DNA of 64,000 bases, from IMG/VR virus record IMGVR_UViG_3300045988_171858; one strand, written 5' to 3'. The stretch comes from a virus. A program made the translations under genes and the position numbers. Under the pieces are notes generated by a model that saw only the letters and a list, made by a program, of their open reading frames with translations, was not told where the DNA came from and did not search any database. This document shows, piece by piece, positions 51,413 through 61,884 of the stretch. The first letter of the stretch is position 1. Each line of letters starts with the position of its first letter.

Positions 51413-53076
51413 GGCCTTTTAATGACCGCTTCGAGACAACTGCAAGAGTAAGTGTAGGAGAAGAGATTCAACAACGAATCTCTGATTCCTTATCTAATGG
51501 TTCAAAAGTAAAAAGCATCACTGTAAAAATGGAGGCTACGCACTCCGGTCGTCCAAATGGAAACAACTGGATTTACACTCCGCGCGGCATGGCTGATGGA
51601 TACGGTTCATTCGTATCCCCAGTATTCAAGCCTGTAACGGAAGAGCATAGACCAGATTCCAGAACACTGGGCCGCGTCATTTCATCTAAGTACGTTAAGT
51701 ACGAGGGTTTTAGTGATTCATTTAATAACCTATCTCCTGTAGAATATCTCAATAAAGTAAAAGAGCTAGGTCTAGATAAGAAATATCGAGAACGGGGCTA
51801 CAAAGGGCTTGGTCATATCGAGCTGGTTGCCAAGATTACAGATAAAGAGGCAATCGATAAAATTCTCGATGGAGAGTTTGGGTTCGTATCCGTGGATGGT
51901 AGAGTCCAGGATGCGTATTGTTCCATTTGCTCAACAAAGGTAAATTCACCCAATCGCTGCGAACACAGACGCGGCGTTAAATATGGGAATGAAAAATGCT
52001 ATTACGTCGGAGGCAAAATGCACTTCGACCACATATCATATGTTGCCACACCAGCAGATAGTAATGCTGTTGCGACATTAATTCGGGATAGTAAAAATAG
52101 TCAATCCCATCTACAGATATTAGATTTTGAAATAGAAGAAGGTAAACAGATGACAGTAAAAATCGAAGACATTAATAAGTCTAGCGAGCCACTTGTCGAA
52201 TATGCCAAAACTCTGGGGATTAAAGACTATCAGCTTCCCTCTGAGGAAGGCCTAACTGTTCTGGATTATGTTTTTGGCGAACAAAAAACTTTCCCGATTG
52301 CCGACAAATTGTCAGCAGCTCTGGCTAAGTCTTACTTCAGCACAAAAATCAGCGATTCAGCAGACAAAGAACCAATCCTTACGCTGATCGAAGACAAACT
52401 TCAAGAGCTTGGCGTTGAAGATCCAGATACAGTTATTGCTGATGCAGTTAAAGCCAGCGAAACTCCGGAAGAGCCAGAACAAAAGGTTTCTGACAATGTT
52501 GAGCCAGGTGCGGCTACCGCTACGTTCGATGCTGATGCCGTCGCAGAGAAACTTGCAGTCGCAATCGCTGACAAGCTCCAAGACATTATTGCCGGCAATG
52601 CAAACAACTATCTGAGCTCACAAAACAAAGTTCTGCGCCAAGAACTGGCCAATAAAACGATCGAACTTGTAAAAGTTCAGGACGCGTTGAAAGAGTCTGT
52701 GGTTACTCAGATTTCAGCTCTTGAAAAGATTTCAGACTCTGCTAAAATTGAAGAACTGAAATCACGAAGCCTTGATTCTCTTTCTGACAAACTGAAAGAC
52801 CTTCAAGCTGCAAACGCTGAAGTCCCTGCCGAAAAGGTTTCCGATTCAGCAGAAACTGAAACTAAAGAACCTCTAGAGCCTGGTTCCGTTAAAATCGAGG
52901 ACAGCGCAGGCGAAACTATTACTGAAGAAGGCGCAACCGAAGTTAAAATTGAAGACGGTTTAGTTTTCGCAAGTAAAGAAGAAGCTCGAAAAGAGTTCCT
53001 GAGCGTTCTAAATAAAAAAGGTGCTGCCGCAGCTAAAGCGTTTGCAGCAAAAGTAAAAATCAAAGGCGAAAGCTAA
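51409..53076 (+). CDS. prohead protease-like (XkdF/DUF2213-type) N-domain fused to an acidic scaffold-like C-domain
   Basis: Contains KPVTEEHRPDSRTLGRVISSKY, GFVSVDG and YVATPADSNA. Also an embedded Cys cluster CSICSTKVNSPNRCEHRR...KC. The C-terminal ~300 aa is acidic and coiled-coil. Confidence 0.55.
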   Translation: MRPFNDRFETTARVSVGEEIQQRISDSLSNGSKVKSITVKMEATHSGRPNGNNWIYTPRGMADGYGSFVSPVFKPVTEEHRPDSRTLGRVISSKYVKYEGFSDSFNNLSPVEYLNKVKELGLDKKYRERGYKGLGHIELVAKITDKEAIDKILDGEFGFVSVDGRVQDAYCSICSTKVNSPNRCEHRRGVKYGNEKCYYVGGKMHFDHISYVATPADSNAVATLIRDSKNSQSHLQILDFEIEEGKQMTVKIEDINKSSEPLVEYAKTLGIKDYQLPSEEGLTVLDYVFGEQKTFPIADKLSAALAKSYFSTKISDSADKEPILTLIEDKLQELGVEDPDTVIADAVKASETPEEPEQKVSDNVEPGAATATFDADAVAEKLAVAIADKLQDIIAGNANNYLSSQNKVLRQELANKTIELVKVQDALKESVVTQISALEKISDSAKIEELKSRSLDSLSDKLKDLQAANAEVPAEKVSDSAETETKEPLEPGSVKIEDSAGETITEEGATEVKIEDGLVFASKEEARKEFLSVLNKKGAAAAKAFAAKVKIKGES

Positions 53077-53098
53077 AATCTCCGGAGAATAATCCACA

Positions 53099-53977
53099 AT
53101 GTTCCAATATCAAAACGTAGCTGCTAACGCTCCTAAAACCAAACACTATAGCCGTGAGAACTGGGCAACTCCTAACGTCATGTTCTCAGAAGGTATGCAC
53201 CCAGCTGGTCAATTTATGCCAGCTCCTTACCTGCCGCTGATTCGTGTTCCTTCAAAAGATATTAAAACTCACGTCGTAATTTCAACTGGTAAAGTTGTTG
53301 CATTCGACAGCAATGGTTATCTGGTTCCTGCCGGTTTGGCCGAATCTGATGCAGTTTACACCGAACTGGACGTTCAAGAAGGCATCATCGGTCCTGATGG
53401 TCAACCAGTTACCGCCGGTCAAAAAGTCAAAGATAAACTGACCGCCGCTAACCTGACTATTTCTGCTCCTGTTGGTGTTGCATTGTATGACTTCTGGCGT
53501 CATCCAGGTGGCGACGGTATCAACCCTGCTCACTTCAACTACCAAAACCTGAACTACCAACACCGCGTTCAATTCGTATGCGACTACATGATCGAATTGC
53601 CATTGGTTGAATCTGACGCTGAGTACGAAAAAGCTCCTCTGAAAGGTATCTCTGCATTTATTGCTGCTAAAGGCGCAAATGCTGGCACCGGCACTCTGGC
53701 CGACTTCACTTCAGTTAAACCTGGTGACTTCGTTACCTTCGACAAAAACTCCAATATGGTTGTTGCTCAAGCTACGACCGCTAAAGAAAAAATCCTCGGT
53801 CAAGTTCTGCAAGTTGTTAAACCTCAAGAAGACAGCCTGTTGAAACTGGTTCGCACTAGCTCTGCTGGTGGCCATGACCTGGACAAAATGCCTGGTACTG
53901 CCACTAAAGGTGCAGAACATAAAGTTGCTTACTCTAACGGTTACGGCCTGGTTCGTGTTAACCTGATTAACCGCTAA
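53099..53977 (+). CDS. abundant virion (capsid-associated/decoration) protein candidate (292 aa)
   Basis: ORF track. Strong codon bias like the adjacent capsid gene. Lies between the scaffold and the major capsid gene. Confidence 0.75.
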   Translation: MFQYQNVAANAPKTKHYSRENWATPNVMFSEGMHPAGQFMPAPYLPLIRVPSKDIKTHVVISTGKVVAFDSNGYLVPAGLAESDAVYTELDVQEGIIGPDGQPVTAGQKVKDKLTAANLTISAPVGVALYDFWRHPGGDGINPAHFNYQNLNYQHRVQFVCDYMIELPLVESDAEYEKAPLKGISAFIAAKGANAGTGTLADFTSVKPGDFVTFDKNSNMVVAQATTAKEKILGQVLQVVKPQEDSLLKLVRTSSAGGHDLDKMPGTATKGAEHKVAYSNGYGLVRVNLINR

Positions 53978-54006
53978 TCCAACAATCATAGGAATAAATA
54001 AATAAT

Positions 54007-55263
54007 ATGTCTAAAAAATTCGACAAAACTTACGCAGACGAAGCACAAAGCATTCAATTTATTCGTGGTCTGTTTGACAACGGCGGCAAAACTGTAGACG
54101 GTGAGCAAATCTCTATCAGCGACGCCATGACCGGCAATATCGAAAGCCTGAAAGTTTCAGATGCTTTTGCAACTCCTAACTTCCCAATTGCGTTCAAACG
54201 CGTTATCGAAGAGTTCGTAATCGACGCAATCGAGCCGAACCTGATTGGTCACAAACTGTTGCAAACCATTCACATTGACCCGAACATCACTCAGGTAAAT
54301 ATCAGCACTTACGGTGCTATCGAAGTTGGTGACAACTCTGTTGCTGAAGGTGGCGAATACCCAGAAGTTAGCACCACTAACGGTGGTGGTCAACTCTACG
54401 CTGGAGTTGGCAAATACGGTAACCGTATGCGTATCACTGAAGAAATGCTGCGCAACTCCCAATGGGACGTTATTGCATTCCACCTGACTCGCTTGGGTCG
54501 TGCAATGGCTCGCGCTAAAGAGCAAAACATCTTCCGTATGATCAACTCTGCCGGTGTGGTTGTATTCGACAACGACAATCCTACTCAATCTATCCTGGGT
54601 CGTACTACCGGTCGTGATATCTCTGGTGCTGGTAACGGTTCCTTCACCGCTGACGATATGTACGATATGTATGCAAACATGCTGGAGCGTGGTTACAAAC
54701 CTAACGTTATCCTGTGTCACCCATTGGCTTGGGCTACCTTCACTAAAGACCCGGTTCTGCGCGAATACGCTCTGAAAAATGGCTCTTTGGACAAATGGTT
54801 TACCAGCATGCCTACCCAAAAAATCGGTGGTGATGTTCCAGAAGCATACCGTCGTTTCAGCCGTATGTCTGGTCGTCCAGCTACTCCGCTGGCTCCTGAA
54901 GAGCGCGTTGGTACTCAAGATACTCCGTTCGAGTTTCCTTCTTACTTCCCTGGTACTGCCGGTCTGACTATCATGACCTCTCATTATGTACCGTTCGATG
55001 CTGAGAAGAAAACCACTTCTATCATCATGTTGGACACCAACGAGTTGGGCGCAATCTTCGTTCAAGAAGAACCTACCGTTGACCAATGGGATGACCCAGC
55101 ACGTGACATCCAAAACATCAAAATCCGTGAACGTTACGGTCTGGCTCTGTTCAACGACGGCCAAGCAGTTTCTATCGCTAAGAATGTCAGCATTGAACCT
55201 AACGAAGTTGTTCTGCCTCCTCAAGCAGTCGTTAGCGATTTGCCACGTATTCAACGCAAGTAA
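54007..55263 (+). CDS. major capsid protein (HK97 fold)
   Basis: Size and position. Contains EGGEYPE...GKYGNRMRITEEMLRNSQWDVIAFHL..LGRAMARAKE, typical of the Phage_capsid family. Strong codon bias. Followed by a terminator. Confidence 0.85.
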   Translation: MSKKFDKTYADEAQSIQFIRGLFDNGGKTVDGEQISISDAMTGNIESLKVSDAFATPNFPIAFKRVIEEFVIDAIEPNLIGHKLLQTIHIDPNITQVNISTYGAIEVGDNSVAEGGEYPEVSTTNGGGQLYAGVGKYGNRMRITEEMLRNSQWDVIAFHLTRLGRAMARAKEQNIFRMINSAGVVVFDNDNPTQSILGRTTGRDISGAGNGSFTADDMYDMYANMLERGYKPNVILCHPLAWATFTKDPVLREYALKNGSLDKWFTSMPTQKIGGDVPEAYRRFSRMSGRPATPLAPEERVGTQDTPFEFPSYFPGTAGLTIMTSHYVPFDAEKKTTSIIMLDTNELGAIFVQEEPTVDQWDDPARDIQNIKIRERYGLALFNDGQAVSIAKNVSIEPNEVVLPPQAVVSDLPRIQRK

Positions 55264-55309
55264 TTTTTCAAAACTAGGTATATAATATACTCATAGTTGA
55301 TTAAACAAC

Positions 55310-55348
55310 ATGGGGGTAGGGCTAGAACTCCCTGCCCCCATTTTTATT
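55310..55348 (+). terminator. intrinsic terminator after the capsid gene
   Basis: ATGGGGGTAGGG-CTAGAACT-CCCTGCCCCCAT followed by TTTTTATTT. Confidence 0.85.
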
Positions 55349-55358
55349 TGGTGATTTA

Positions 55359-55931
55359 ATGAAAGCATTACAAGCAAAAGTAAAACTGCTGACGCAGACA
55401 TTCCTGTTTGGCGAAAAGATTCATCTGCGCCGCAACCAAGAGGTTGTGTATGATTTGTCCAAGCTGACTATCGGCGATTTGGAAATCCTTGCACACCATA
55501 TTCGTCGTGGCGAAATCGAGTCTACTATCCCTTCAGAAAAGTTCGTTGAACGCGCCGGTGCTCTTCGTAAAGAAGTCCAACAGGGCAAATACGACAACTT
55601 GCTGAAGATTGAAGATACCGAAGAAGTCCGTGTACTTGATGCAGAAATCGAACTCGAAGATGGCACTAAAACCACCATCGCTGCATTGGAAGAAGCACAA
55701 AAAGAAGATCCACGAGTTAAGTTTATCCAAGATAAAATCCTGGACGCTTCAACTTCTTTGGCAATGATTGCAGCTAAAAATATTCCCAATGTAGACTTGG
55801 AAATTATCGAGTTTGCAAAAACATCCGAAACTAACGGCAAAAACCGTAAAGGCGTATTGTCATCTCTGGAAGCAGAAGTTAAACGTTTAAGCGCAGAAGC
55901 TGAAAACCAAGCTGAAGAAAAATCAGAATAA
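55359..55931 (+). CDS. hypothetical virion-module protein (190 aa)
   Basis: ORF track. Confidence 0.7.
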   Translation: MKALQAKVKLLTQTFLFGEKIHLRRNQEVVYDLSKLTIGDLEILAHHIRRGEIESTIPSEKFVERAGALRKEVQQGKYDNLLKIEDTEEVRVLDAEIELEDGTKTTIAALEEAQKEDPRVKFIQDKILDASTSLAMIAAKNIPNVDLEIIEFAKTSETNGKNRKGVLSSLEAEVKRLSAEAENQAEEKSE

Positions 55932-55953
55932 TCTTATTCATGGATAGCAGATA

Positions 55954-57054
55954 ATGTCAGAAAAACTAACAGTAGAAAAGGCTCTAAACACACAAGAGCA
56001 ACTTGAATTCATGCCTCTTAAAGGGTCTTTGAAACTTAAGTTATCTGAACCGGTGAGCCTAGAGACTTTAAGGCCTCATGTTGCTATCCTTAGAGTCGGG
56101 AAAGCATCCGGACTAAAAGAGCTAAGAAAGTCTTATAGTGATGCCTATAAGACTGACCGCTCCGCCTACGTTGACTTTGACATTTCAATTAACGGCACAG
56201 AAGTAACAATAACTCCAATCAATCCATTCGAAGAGTTATCTGATTATGCCCTTTATCTAACAAGGGACATTAAATCCGTCTCTATGGAAATCCTTATAGA
56301 TGGAGAACCTGCTGAAGGAAAGGTTGAAGTAAATCCTCCAGTCGAGCAGGTTACAGAAATTGCTCCTGTTGGTAAGCCATTTACAAGGGGCGGAAAGAAA
56401 TACGTTCTAGCTGATATCTATATCGCCGGCAAGAAAGTAAAAGAAAAAAGTATCCTCAACCTAGAGGACGGATTTACAGTAGAAGAATCCACAATAACAA
56501 TTACCGACCCTTCTTCTATTGGAATTATCAAGATAACTCCGACAGTAAGGTCTGAATCTGAACACGACTATATTCTCAAATTTAAGACTGGTCAAAAACA
56601 TCCAATCGAAGATATCACGCCAGAGGGCACTTCGTCTAGAGTAACAGCAGAACAGCTATATGAATTCTACCAGAATCCATACGACATGATTCTGCATACT
56701 AAGTCTGGAAAAACAGACGTGCCATCCATTGGGTCAGCGTCCGCAAAGAAGGAGCCCGACGAAATTGAACCGGAAGTAGAAATCAGGCTCCCGAATAAAA
56801 TAATCTTCAACTTCGATAAGGAGCTGGCAGAGGTTCCTGTTGACCTGGCGGAATTTGAATTCGACATTACTGAGGCATTTGGCAATCAGCATCTTGGCCC
56901 TATGGGCTTATTCAAAGAAGATGCATCATATATCCTAGAGTTCTCTACAATTAGAAGAAACAAAGCACTGCAAATCGAAGTAATCGAAAACACCGACGAA
57001 GAGCCGCACGACCAATATGAACTGAGGTGGAAACATGAGCCTGATTCACAGTAA
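55954..57054 (+). CDS. hypothetical structural protein (366 aa)
   Basis: ORF track. Confidence 0.7.
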   Translation: MSEKLTVEKALNTQEQLEFMPLKGSLKLKLSEPVSLETLRPHVAILRVGKASGLKELRKSYSDAYKTDRSAYVDFDISINGTEVTITPINPFEELSDYALYLTRDIKSVSMEILIDGEPAEGKVEVNPPVEQVTEIAPVGKPFTRGGKKYVLADIYIAGKKVKEKSILNLEDGFTVEESTITITDPSSIGIIKITPTVRSESEHDYILKFKTGQKHPIEDITPEGTSSRVTAEQLYEFYQNPYDMILHTKSGKTDVPSIGSASAKKEPDEIEPEVEIRLPNKIIFNFDKELAEVPVDLAEFEFDITEAFGNQHLGPMGLFKEDASYILEFSTIRRNKALQIEVIENTDEEPHDQYELRWKHEPDSQ

Positions 57055-58519
57055 CACCTTAGCCGGTAAAAACTGGAAAGAACCAGACCCTAATACGGGG
57101 ATTCCATCTAGTAGGGTTTACAATACGGTTGGAACATTTGCAATTCCGTCTGTTCATGCATCATTTGATGGCTTTGAAGGCCCAAAGAAAAACAAGATTC
57201 TTATCTACGATGAGAAGCCGGGTCGCAAGAAAAGAGTGATTAAAACGGAGCTTACGTTTAGAGAGCCGTTTCACTCCTTCAAATATTTCGAGGCTCTTGG
57301 TTCTACATACGGTATGCACGAAGTCATCAACGAAAGGGAGACTATGGGTGAAGACCCATCCCCGATCGTTGAAAGATGGAAGGCCGAACCAGTATATATC
57401 GAGCGTTATTCTTCAATGCGTCCTTCTATTACCCTGAGCTATAACAATAGTGATGAAGATATTTGCGGCTTTATGGAGGAGATTACAAAGTCCAACGAAG
57501 CAACAGATAATGGCTTCAAGATTTCCTTTGAAGAGTTGGCCAAAGAAATTGACGGTAGAAAGTATATTGAGTTTCATATCGGCGAATTCCATCTTTTGCC
57601 CAACACCCCTCTAGCAATTCATCGCTGCAATCTTTCGGCGGATATCCTTACATTTAAAAAGGGATTCAAGGCGTTCAAAGATAGCGACTCCTTAAAATCT
57701 GACGTTATTCCGGTTCAAAGGATTTCTCCGACAGCTAACCACTTCCTGGAGTTCTACGTTGGTATCGTAAGAATGAAGGACAGCTCAGTTAGACCAAGAG
57801 AGTTTAACGATAAAGAAATCGACATTCGTCATCCAAACAATATGGAAGGCGGCGCCCAAATAAGATGGAAATCTCTAGCAGATTCGTGTATGGAATGGGT
57901 AAGAGTTTACGACGGCACAGACCTAAAAAGACTGTTGAGTAAAGACATCTACAGTTCCGGTCATTATGTATTAAACACCCGTTGCCGCATTGATTTAGAA
58001 AAACTCAAAGCACATCTAGCAACACTAGAACTTACAGAAGAATCTCAACTGATCATACATCCTCCATCATTCAATATCTTAGCGTTCGACACACTAAACC
58101 TGCTAACAGAGCCAAGACACTCCAGACTTATTACAAGGCTGGATAAAGTTGAATTTGAAGTCCAGCGCAACTACAAAAGTAACGGCGGGTTTCATTACAG
58201 GATTATGGTTCATAACGAGGATAAGACAACCTTACTATTCTCGGATTCGACAGACTCTGCAGTCGGCGTTACAATCCTTAAAGATTCTGGTGTGGCTGGC
58301 AATAAGGGCACATGGAGATGGTCTAGTCTTCAAGGTAGAGACATCGGTGGGCTTCCAATTCCGTTTAGCAACTCCTACGTTAATAACGCTGGCATAAACA
58401 CGGAACTATACGGTAAAATAATATACACATTTAATGAATCGGTCTCGGAGTGGTTAAGCCGTTACCGCAAGATATACATAACACTAGAAACAAACGACGG
58501 GACTGTATTAAATGGCTAA
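57035..58519 (+). CDS. hypothetical structural protein (494 aa)
   Basis: ORF track. GAGGTGG RBS. Confidence 0.75.
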   Translation: MSLIHSNTLAGKNWKEPDPNTGIPSSRVYNTVGTFAIPSVHASFDGFEGPKKNKILIYDEKPGRKKRVIKTELTFREPFHSFKYFEALGSTYGMHEVINERETMGEDPSPIVERWKAEPVYIERYSSMRPSITLSYNNSDEDICGFMEEITKSNEATDNGFKISFEELAKEIDGRKYIEFHIGEFHLLPNTPLAIHRCNLSADILTFKKGFKAFKDSDSLKSDVIPVQRISPTANHFLEFYVGIVRMKDSSVRPREFNDKEIDIRHPNNMEGGAQIRWKSLADSCMEWVRVYDGTDLKRLLSKDIYSSGHYVLNTRCRIDLEKLKAHLATLELTEESQLIIHPPSFNILAFDTLNLLTEPRHSRLITRLDKVEFEVQRNYKSNGGFHYRIMVHNEDKTTLLFSDSTDSAVGVTILKDSGVAGNKGTWRWSSLQGRDIGGLPIPFSNSYVNNAGINTELYGKIIYTFNESVSEWLSRYRKIYITLETNDGTVLNG

Positions 58520-59039
58520 TATCGAAGTCAGACTATCAACTGGTAGCACCACGTCAACAAACTTGTCAGAGCCAAACAAATCTCTTGGCGGCAAGATGGC
58601 ACAAAGTGCAAACGAAAATGTTTCCTTCATCCTCGGTCAAAACAGCATGGTTCTTAATAACCTCTGGGATGACATCACACAAATGGATAGCGAAAACAGA
58701 GCATCGGATTACCGATGTGTCTACATTTACAATAATCCTACCGGCTCCCGTAAAGGGCCGGCAATGGGTATGAAGTTTATTCTATCTTCAAACTCATATG
58801 CAAAATTCCAGGCTGGCAAGGCGCCGCTACCAAATACTGACGCAAATATCATCACGGATGAACTTCAAGCTCCAACAGGTATTTCATTCGAAGACCATAC
58901 AAAAGACAGCCCTCTCCTATTGGGCACACTAAACCCAGGTGAGTACCAGGCAGTATGGCTAAAACGAACACCAACAAATGTATCAGGAGCAGGTGAAGTT
59001 CGAGAGTTTATGGACTTTACTCTTACCGCAAGTACGTAA
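58512..59039 (+). CDS. hypothetical structural protein (175 aa)
   Basis: ORF track. The pattern LS.G......N.SLGG...YRC.Y..N...L.PGE...VWL.R recalls a conserved phage virion protein family that I cannot name. Confidence 0.7.
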   Translation: MANIEVRLSTGSTTSTNLSEPNKSLGGKMAQSANENVSFILGQNSMVLNNLWDDITQMDSENRASDYRCVYIYNNPTGSRKGPAMGMKFILSSNSYAKFQAGKAPLPNTDANIITDELQAPTGISFEDHTKDSPLLLGTLNPGEYQAVWLKRTPTNVSGAGEVREFMDFTLTAST

Positions 59040-59056
59040 TACAAAGAGGGCTGGCA

Positions 59057-60874
59057 ATGGCACAAACACTAGAATACTCACCAGACAGTACAGAAATTAA
59101 TGGTATACTCCAGCGTTATTTTGACATATATTTGCCGGCCAATCTTGATGACCAGATGGAAGAGAAGGGGGATAACCCCTTCTTATCTGTTAATGGCATG
59201 ATGGAAATGGTAGACCAGAATGACATCAATAATGCCAGAGAGGTTGTACAACTGACTGAAGGGTATTTCAAAGATATCCTTAACTCCAAGTATTACGAAT
59301 ATTTTATCGCCGATGCGGTTGGGGCGAAGAAATATATCTTCCAAAAGAGTGGTTCTATTATCGGAACTAAGGTTATTGCCAGCTCAGGCAATCCCGGCGC
59401 TGTTGAGCAAAAATATTCTTTTGAGGGCGATAATCCTATTATGTCCCTGTCAGACTTAATTAGCGATAAAGGACCAAGTTATGCGCAAGCTCAAGGCATC
59501 GATTACGACAGACAGGCCACATATTCCGCAAGACTCCTTACAAGACAGACATTTGACTCTAGCGAGGATTCACATACAGACTCTTCGCGCAATATTAAGA
59601 TATCCGGAGATGAGGCGAGCAAGTATTATATAGAATTCCCGATCCTAATAATGCGCAATGCAACACCGATGCATGAAGCGGACCTGCAAAGACTAAAGGC
59701 ATACAGTCAAAAGGTAGCCGGCGGGAAGTTGGAAATTGAGGTCTCAGTTAGCCCTTATACCGTATTGTACGTAGACGAGGTTCCAGGGTCAGAACAAACA
59801 ATTTCTTATACAGCCGGAATGAATAATACAGAGGATGCAGTAGCATCAGAGGGCGGGCTATATAATTCGAGGATGGACTTCTACATCAGAGCCGCTGACG
59901 GGCTTGTAGCGGATATCCTGTCGTATAAAAATAACGACGATGTTAGGTCTTCTGACCTGCTAGAAGCAGTAAGGGACATTTTTCCTATCGGCGAAGACGT
60001 TAGACTATTCGGTTCTAGCAATTCATATGAGGCTGCCGGCGCCATTGAGAAAATCTTTCTTGATGGAAGTGATGTAAAGATAAGGGTAAAATCAACAAGC
60101 TCTTCAAATGGGTTTAGGCTTGAGCCGGTATCTGGCGTATCATCTAAAATCCTTGGAATTACATCATCGAGTGTCAGGGTCGGAATCACGCAACCCGGTG
60201 CCGGAGGTAAAAAGGGCAGAGATTCAAAATCCTCTCGAAATTCCAAAGGCTCTGCAATTAAGACGATCAATATCTATTCCGCAACAGAAAACCGTTCGGA
60301 CGCTTTGAATCCTTTTCCTAGACAATTCCTTGGTCCAAAGCTTGATGACGTTGCAAAACTTGTAAACGAAGAAAAAGTCAAGAAAGAAGCAGAGCGAAAA
60401 GCCGCGGCGGAAAGAAATAGACGAGCCTACAAGTATAGCAGCAGCCAATACTATGCTCCTCCTATTGACTACCAAGACATTCTTATCGAAGGGTTTAATA
60501 GTCTGACAAATGCGTTTACTGGTGAAGAAAACGCGGGGATAAATAGGCGATTTAATGCGCTTGTAGAACCCCAGTTAAAATCAGACAGGGATAGATTCTT
60601 TGAAATTACATCATCAAAGATTTCCCCAAAGGAAGACATAAACGACTCACTTAGAAATTTGTATACATTTGATACGTCAAGAATTAGATTCTTCAAGGCG
60701 TATGATATGGTGGCGATCAAAATCAATATCTTTTATAATCCATTTAATTCATTATTTGATCGAAGCTCAAGAATAGGAAGAGGTAAGCTAAGACCTGATT
60801 TTAGAAGCGGGAATGGGCGTCTAAGTTGTTTTGACCTGTCGGGAGTCAAGATTGGTCTAAAAGTATCAAAATAG
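59057..60874 (+). CDS. hypothetical structural/tail protein (605 aa)
   Basis: ORF track. AAGAGGG RBS. Confidence 0.75.
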   Translation: MAQTLEYSPDSTEINGILQRYFDIYLPANLDDQMEEKGDNPFLSVNGMMEMVDQNDINNAREVVQLTEGYFKDILNSKYYEYFIADAVGAKKYIFQKSGSIIGTKVIASSGNPGAVEQKYSFEGDNPIMSLSDLISDKGPSYAQAQGIDYDRQATYSARLLTRQTFDSSEDSHTDSSRNIKISGDEASKYYIEFPILIMRNATPMHEADLQRLKAYSQKVAGGKLEIEVSVSPYTVLYVDEVPGSEQTISYTAGMNNTEDAVASEGGLYNSRMDFYIRAADGLVADILSYKNNDDVRSSDLLEAVRDIFPIGEDVRLFGSSNSYEAAGAIEKIFLDGSDVKIRVKSTSSSNGFRLEPVSGVSSKILGITSSSVRVGITQPGAGGKKGRDSKSSRNSKGSAIKTINIYSATENRSDALNPFPRQFLGPKLDDVAKLVNEEKVKKEAERKAAAERNRRAYKYSSSQYYAPPIDYQDILIEGFNSLTNAFTGEENAGINRRFNALVEPQLKSDRDRFFEITSSKISPKEDINDSLRNLYTFDTSRIRFFKAYDMVAIKINIFYNPFNSLFDRSSRIGRGKLRPDFRSGNGRLSCFDLSGVKIGLKVSK

Positions 60875-60883
60875 GGCTATAGT

Positions 60884-61867
60884 ATGATAACCATTTTTAA
60901 CGGAAGTCTGAGTTCTGAACACTTAGCCCTAGCTAGACATCAAAACGATGCAATTAAAATCCCTCTAACTATCTATTATTCGGACGTAGAGGAATATAAA
61001 TTCTCGGCTGGCTTTACTGTTGACACTGGTGAAGAGCTAATCCAAAGATATAGGGACTACTTCTGGATTAATAAACCAGAGCCACCAATGCAATACTTCT
61101 GCGGATATAAAGCAGGTGTCAGACCGGGCGCAATCGAACAAAGATATTCAGCGGGCTATAAGGTAAGATTTGCGGAGAGGATTGAGCTACGGTTCAGAAG
61201 TCTGTTTAGAAGACACTTTCTGCTCGGCGAAAAACTTAGGTACAACTACAAGGCGGGCTTCAAATTTAAACTTGGTGCTACAAGGCTAAGATTAAATTAC
61301 CGTACAGCGTTTAAGGTTGTTAACAGAAAAGAAGACCCGCTCGTACTAAGTTACAAGTGTCCATATAAATACAGTCGAAGAAGTGAGTCCGAGTACAGAT
61401 ACACAGATGCATTTAATGTTACGCTAATCAATAGGGTTGAGCTAAATTACCATACCGGGTATAGGCATAGCGTATCTAAATTTGTATTCCCACGGAAGTA
61501 CAATACGAACGCGGCGGGTGTTAACACTACTGTTGCAGAGCTGCCAATTCCATGGAAAGCAATTAAGCAAAAAGACGGCTCAAGCGGCATTAGGATTGCA
61601 TTGGACAAATCCAAGTTGGACCTAGGTTCAGACGGCCTAAGAATTTATATAAACTTCCCTCCAAAATACATTAACTATTGTGCAGTAATGAGGGGCAAGT
61701 TTGATAAGTTACCAGATGTACCTGTTGCACCCAAGCCGGCCGTGCCAATTACCAATAGACCTGGAGAAATAACTGAAACGACTCCTCCACCTATATCTGC
61801 AACGCCTAGCCATATTATAGAGGAACTTCCGTCTCCAGGCGGCTCTGAAACTGAAGAGGAGACTTAG
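60884..61867 (+). CDS. structural protein with repeated basic-aromatic beta-strand motifs (327 aa)
   Basis: ORF track. Repeats such as SAGYKVRF, NYKAGFKFKL, NYRTAFKV, SYKCPYKY and NYHTGYRH. Confidence 0.7.
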   Translation: MITIFNGSLSSEHLALARHQNDAIKIPLTIYYSDVEEYKFSAGFTVDTGEELIQRYRDYFWINKPEPPMQYFCGYKAGVRPGAIEQRYSAGYKVRFAERIELRFRSLFRRHFLLGEKLRYNYKAGFKFKLGATRLRLNYRTAFKVVNRKEDPLVLSYKCPYKYSRRSESEYRYTDAFNVTLINRVELNYHTGYRHSVSKFVFPRKYNTNAAGVNTTVAELPIPWKAIKQKDGSSGIRIALDKSKLDLGSDGLRIYINFPPKYINYCAVMRGKFDKLPDVPVAPKPAVPITNRPGEITETTPPPISATPSHIIEELPSPGGSETEEET

Positions 61868-61884
61868 TATATGGGTTACAAGCT

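Noticed and set aside
54157-55254. 365-aa minus-strand ORF.
   Set aside because: It is antisense to the major capsid gene. It is the same codon-bias artefact and lies in a purely plus-strand operon.
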